Source of the DNA: Octopus bimaculoides
Lineage: Eukaryota
Direction: 5' to 3'
Assembly: GCF_001194135.2 (NCBI RefSeq)
Contig: NC_068992.1
Span: forward strand, 33,943,876 to 33,981,272
DNA length: 37,397 nucleotides
Of the stretch, positions 34,796-37,397 are shown piece by piece. Under the pieces are notes generated by a model that was given only the letters and a program-made list of their open reading frames with translations, was not told the origin of the DNA and searched no databases. The translations under genes and the position numbers were made by a program. The number at the start of each line of letters is the position of its first letter. Position 1 is the first letter of the stretch.

Positions 34796-35530
34796 CTGAC
34801 AAAGCTATCAATACCAAGCATGTTCTCAAGAACTTAGCACACAATGGCTATCCACCATCTACAACTAAATAACTACATCTACGAAACATGGAAGCTGGTA
34901 AACCACATAAGAAGGTCTATAACCCCAAGTTGGAAAAGTGCATACTTAAACTGGCCTACTTCGAGGACAGAACAACTGCAGCTATGCCACATGCAATCTG
35001 CAGAGAGGGACTCAACATACAGATGGTGTACACTGACCCTTCCTTGAGGAAAGTTCTGTCGAGGAAAAATACCACAGATAGCATTGTGGGGTGCACACTG
35101 ACCAATTTCCCCCTCAACAACATCAAAACATGCTCGAGGGCTTATGTGATATATGAAATAGTCTGCAATAAATGTGGGTCATCCTACATAGGGAGTACCA
35201 CCAGGAAATTGCATGTCCATATAAAAGACACTTCAACAAAGAAACACCTAAAGAAGTGCCAAACCCTGAATTTTAAAGTTTTCATTGGGACAGTGAAATG
35301 CATCAAGGGCAATTTCAGAATTATGGAGGCCCTTCTTATCAACAAATTGAGACCAGCCATTAACAACAGGAAGGAAGTACATGAAGCAGACTGGTTGCTA
35401 CAGCAACACCAGTATTCACATACCACCTTCTTCCTTCCTCCCGTTTCCTCCTTTCTACCCCACATATCTGAGAAACAACTTTTTCCTACGTTTTCCAAAT
35501 GTTCTGAACAAGAGGTTATAATAACAAAAT
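34795..35530 (+). mobile_element. Penelope-like element fragment: RT C-terminus and GIY-YIG endonuclease
   Basis: LAHNGYP; VIYEIVCNKCGSSYIGSTTRKL (about 35147-35212); RIMEALLINKLRPAINNRKE. Confidence 0.82.
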
Positions 35531-35839
35531 ATTGAAATACAAGGTAAAGATGCAACTTTCTTTTGTTTTCTTTTCCTTTTGTAGTTTAATTGGTACCTTC
35601 TCACATTATTCCGGTCTTATCTAACAAATCTCTTTAAACTATATATATATATATAACTATCCTCTACCAATCAAGTGCTATTCAAAACATATACTAATCT
35701 GAGCCATGAACTCCCTATAAAAATAGGGCAAGCTTCAAACTCTAGTCAGAAGCAAGACAGCTGTGATATAAGTCACCTCTTTCTATTTGAACTTTTTGAA
35801 AATCAGTGTAAACTGTGAAACTGGTTAAAGCTTTAAATA

Positions 35840-35962
35840 TAATGATAATAATAATAATAACATTACAGACAAAGATTTACCCATTAGAAAAAAAGAATTA
35901 CCCATTACAGAAAAAGATTTAGCATTACAGAAAAAGATTTAACATTACAGAAACAGATTTAC
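35840..35962 (+). repeat. (TAA)n followed by five tandem 20-21 bp units
   Basis: TAA-rich run at 35840-35860; units of about CATTACAGAAAAAGATTTAC(C) start at 35861, 35882, 35903, 35923 and 35943. Confidence 0.9.
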
Positions 35963-37349
35963 CTGAGGTAAAAGAAAAGCTAAAAAGCAAGATATCCTTG
36001 CCAAAGCACAAAGGATCTACTGGTATGAGAAACACCAACGTTTCTTTGAACAAAACAAACAGTTCTAATCCAACCCCAAAAAATTCTACCAAGAACTTGG
36101 CAAAAGTAAAATAGACATTACTGCAGCACCAACAGCTGAAGAAGTGGAAGAATTTTGGAAAGAAATATGGTCAGTGAAGGAACAACCTCAGAAAAGGACT
36201 ATTAAAACAACAAACTTATCACCTGAGCAACTCCAAACCCCTATAACAACTGAAGAGGTCACCAAGGCACTGTAAAGACTAAGCAACTGCAAGGCACCTG
36301 GGCACGACAAGATCCCCAACTTCTGGTTAAAATATCTGACAGAAATACACAAAAAGCTGGCTGAAAGCTTTAACGACATACTAGCAGAGCCAGAGACAAT
36401 GCTTGAATGGATCACAAAAGGGAAAACTATCCTAATTCCCAAATCCACGGAAATGGCAAGACCACAAAACTACATAAGACACTCTATGAATAAATGGTAG
36501 ACAGTGCTACAGCTCCAAACAAAAGAGGGACTCGTGAAAACCAAAGCCATCCCCATTAGAAGAGGAATATTCCAGGGAGACACGCTCTCTCCACTCCTGT
36601 TCTGCCTGGCACTCACACCTTTAACTGAATTGCTAAATGGAACTGAATGTGGATACAAACGTTACGGCAAAACAGTCAGCCACCTTTTATATATGAATGA
36701 CCTAAAACTATACACTACAAATGATAAACAGCTGGAAACACTACTGCAGACAGTAAATGGATGTACCAAAGCAACCCTGAAAAGAGGAAAACTAGTTAAG
36801 AGTAGCAACATCACATTAGATAAAGCCAATGATATAAGAGAACTAGACAAAAGCCAACCATACAAATATTTAGGAATCAATGAACTAGATAGGATACAAA
36901 ACACACAAATGAAAGAGAAAATAAAGAAAGAATGCTATAGACAAGTTAGATCAATACTGAAAGCAGAGCTCAATGCTAAAGACAAGATAATAGAAATTAA
37001 CACTTTAGCCATCCCAGTTATAAGTTACAGTTACAATATCCTTAACTGGACACTAAATGAACTAACGAAAATAGACAGGAAAACTGGAAAAATAATGACA
37101 GGTTCTAGGATGCACCACCCAAAATCTTACATAGAAAGGCTATATATGCAATGTACAGAAGGTGGCAGAGGCCTTATACAGCTGGAAAACTATTATAAAA
37201 TAACCACCATAGAACTGTAAAAATGCCTACTTCAGAAGCAAGGAAAACTAATACAAATAGCCACAAAACACGAGTAAAACAAAAAACTCTTTTCAGTATT
37301 TAAGGAAGCTGACAAATACAAACAAGAAATCATACCACCTAACAAATAT
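35861..37349 (+). mobile_element. 5'-truncated R4/Dong-clade retrotransposon, RT region
   Basis: PKKFYQEL, EFWKEIW, KAPGHDKIPNFWLK, GIFQGDTLSPLLF, HLLYMNDLKLY (YMDD changed to YMND), YKYLG, RLYMQCTEGGRGL. Confidence 0.9.
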
Positions 37350-37397
37350 GAAGAAGAAGAAGAAGAAGAAGAAGAAGAAGAAGAAGAAGAAGAAGAA
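37350..37397 (+). repeat. (GAA)16, running off the window
   Basis: Read directly. Confidence 0.97.

Overview
This is AT-rich eukaryotic DNA, most of it transposable elements and microsatellites. The SINE families resemble those I recall from octopus/cephalopods; that taxon call is an inference. From left to right the window holds: a short interstitial TTAGGG/TTACGG array; a near full-length but dead L1/Tx1-clade LINE (421-6150); several tRNA-derived SINEs from at least three families; two decayed R4/Dong-type RT elements (7575-8580 minus, 35861-37349 plus); a Penelope-type terminal repeat with a damaged hammerhead ribozyme core; scattered RTE fragments and one near full-length RTE (about 17470-21486); a palindromic element; a decayed CR1/L2-type LINE (minus) with a FLYWCH-MULE transposon beside or inside it; a long TA-rich tract leading into a mariner; a second mariner fragment; and a Penelope GIY-YIG fragment. 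Every recognisable TE reading frame is disrupted. A few splice-site-bounded candidate host exons are present, but I cannot name the gene and the strands conflict. I found no CRISPR array, rRNA, true tRNA gene or prokaryote-type system. The best leads are a C4HC3 PHD finger inside the RTE reverse transcriptase, a 65-66 nt hairpin-plus-pseudoknot array in the RTE 3' UTR, the minimal hammerhead, and iterated 20-21 bp copies at the Dong 5' junction in a TAA repeat. All coordinates and alignments were read by eye, so boundaries are approximate.
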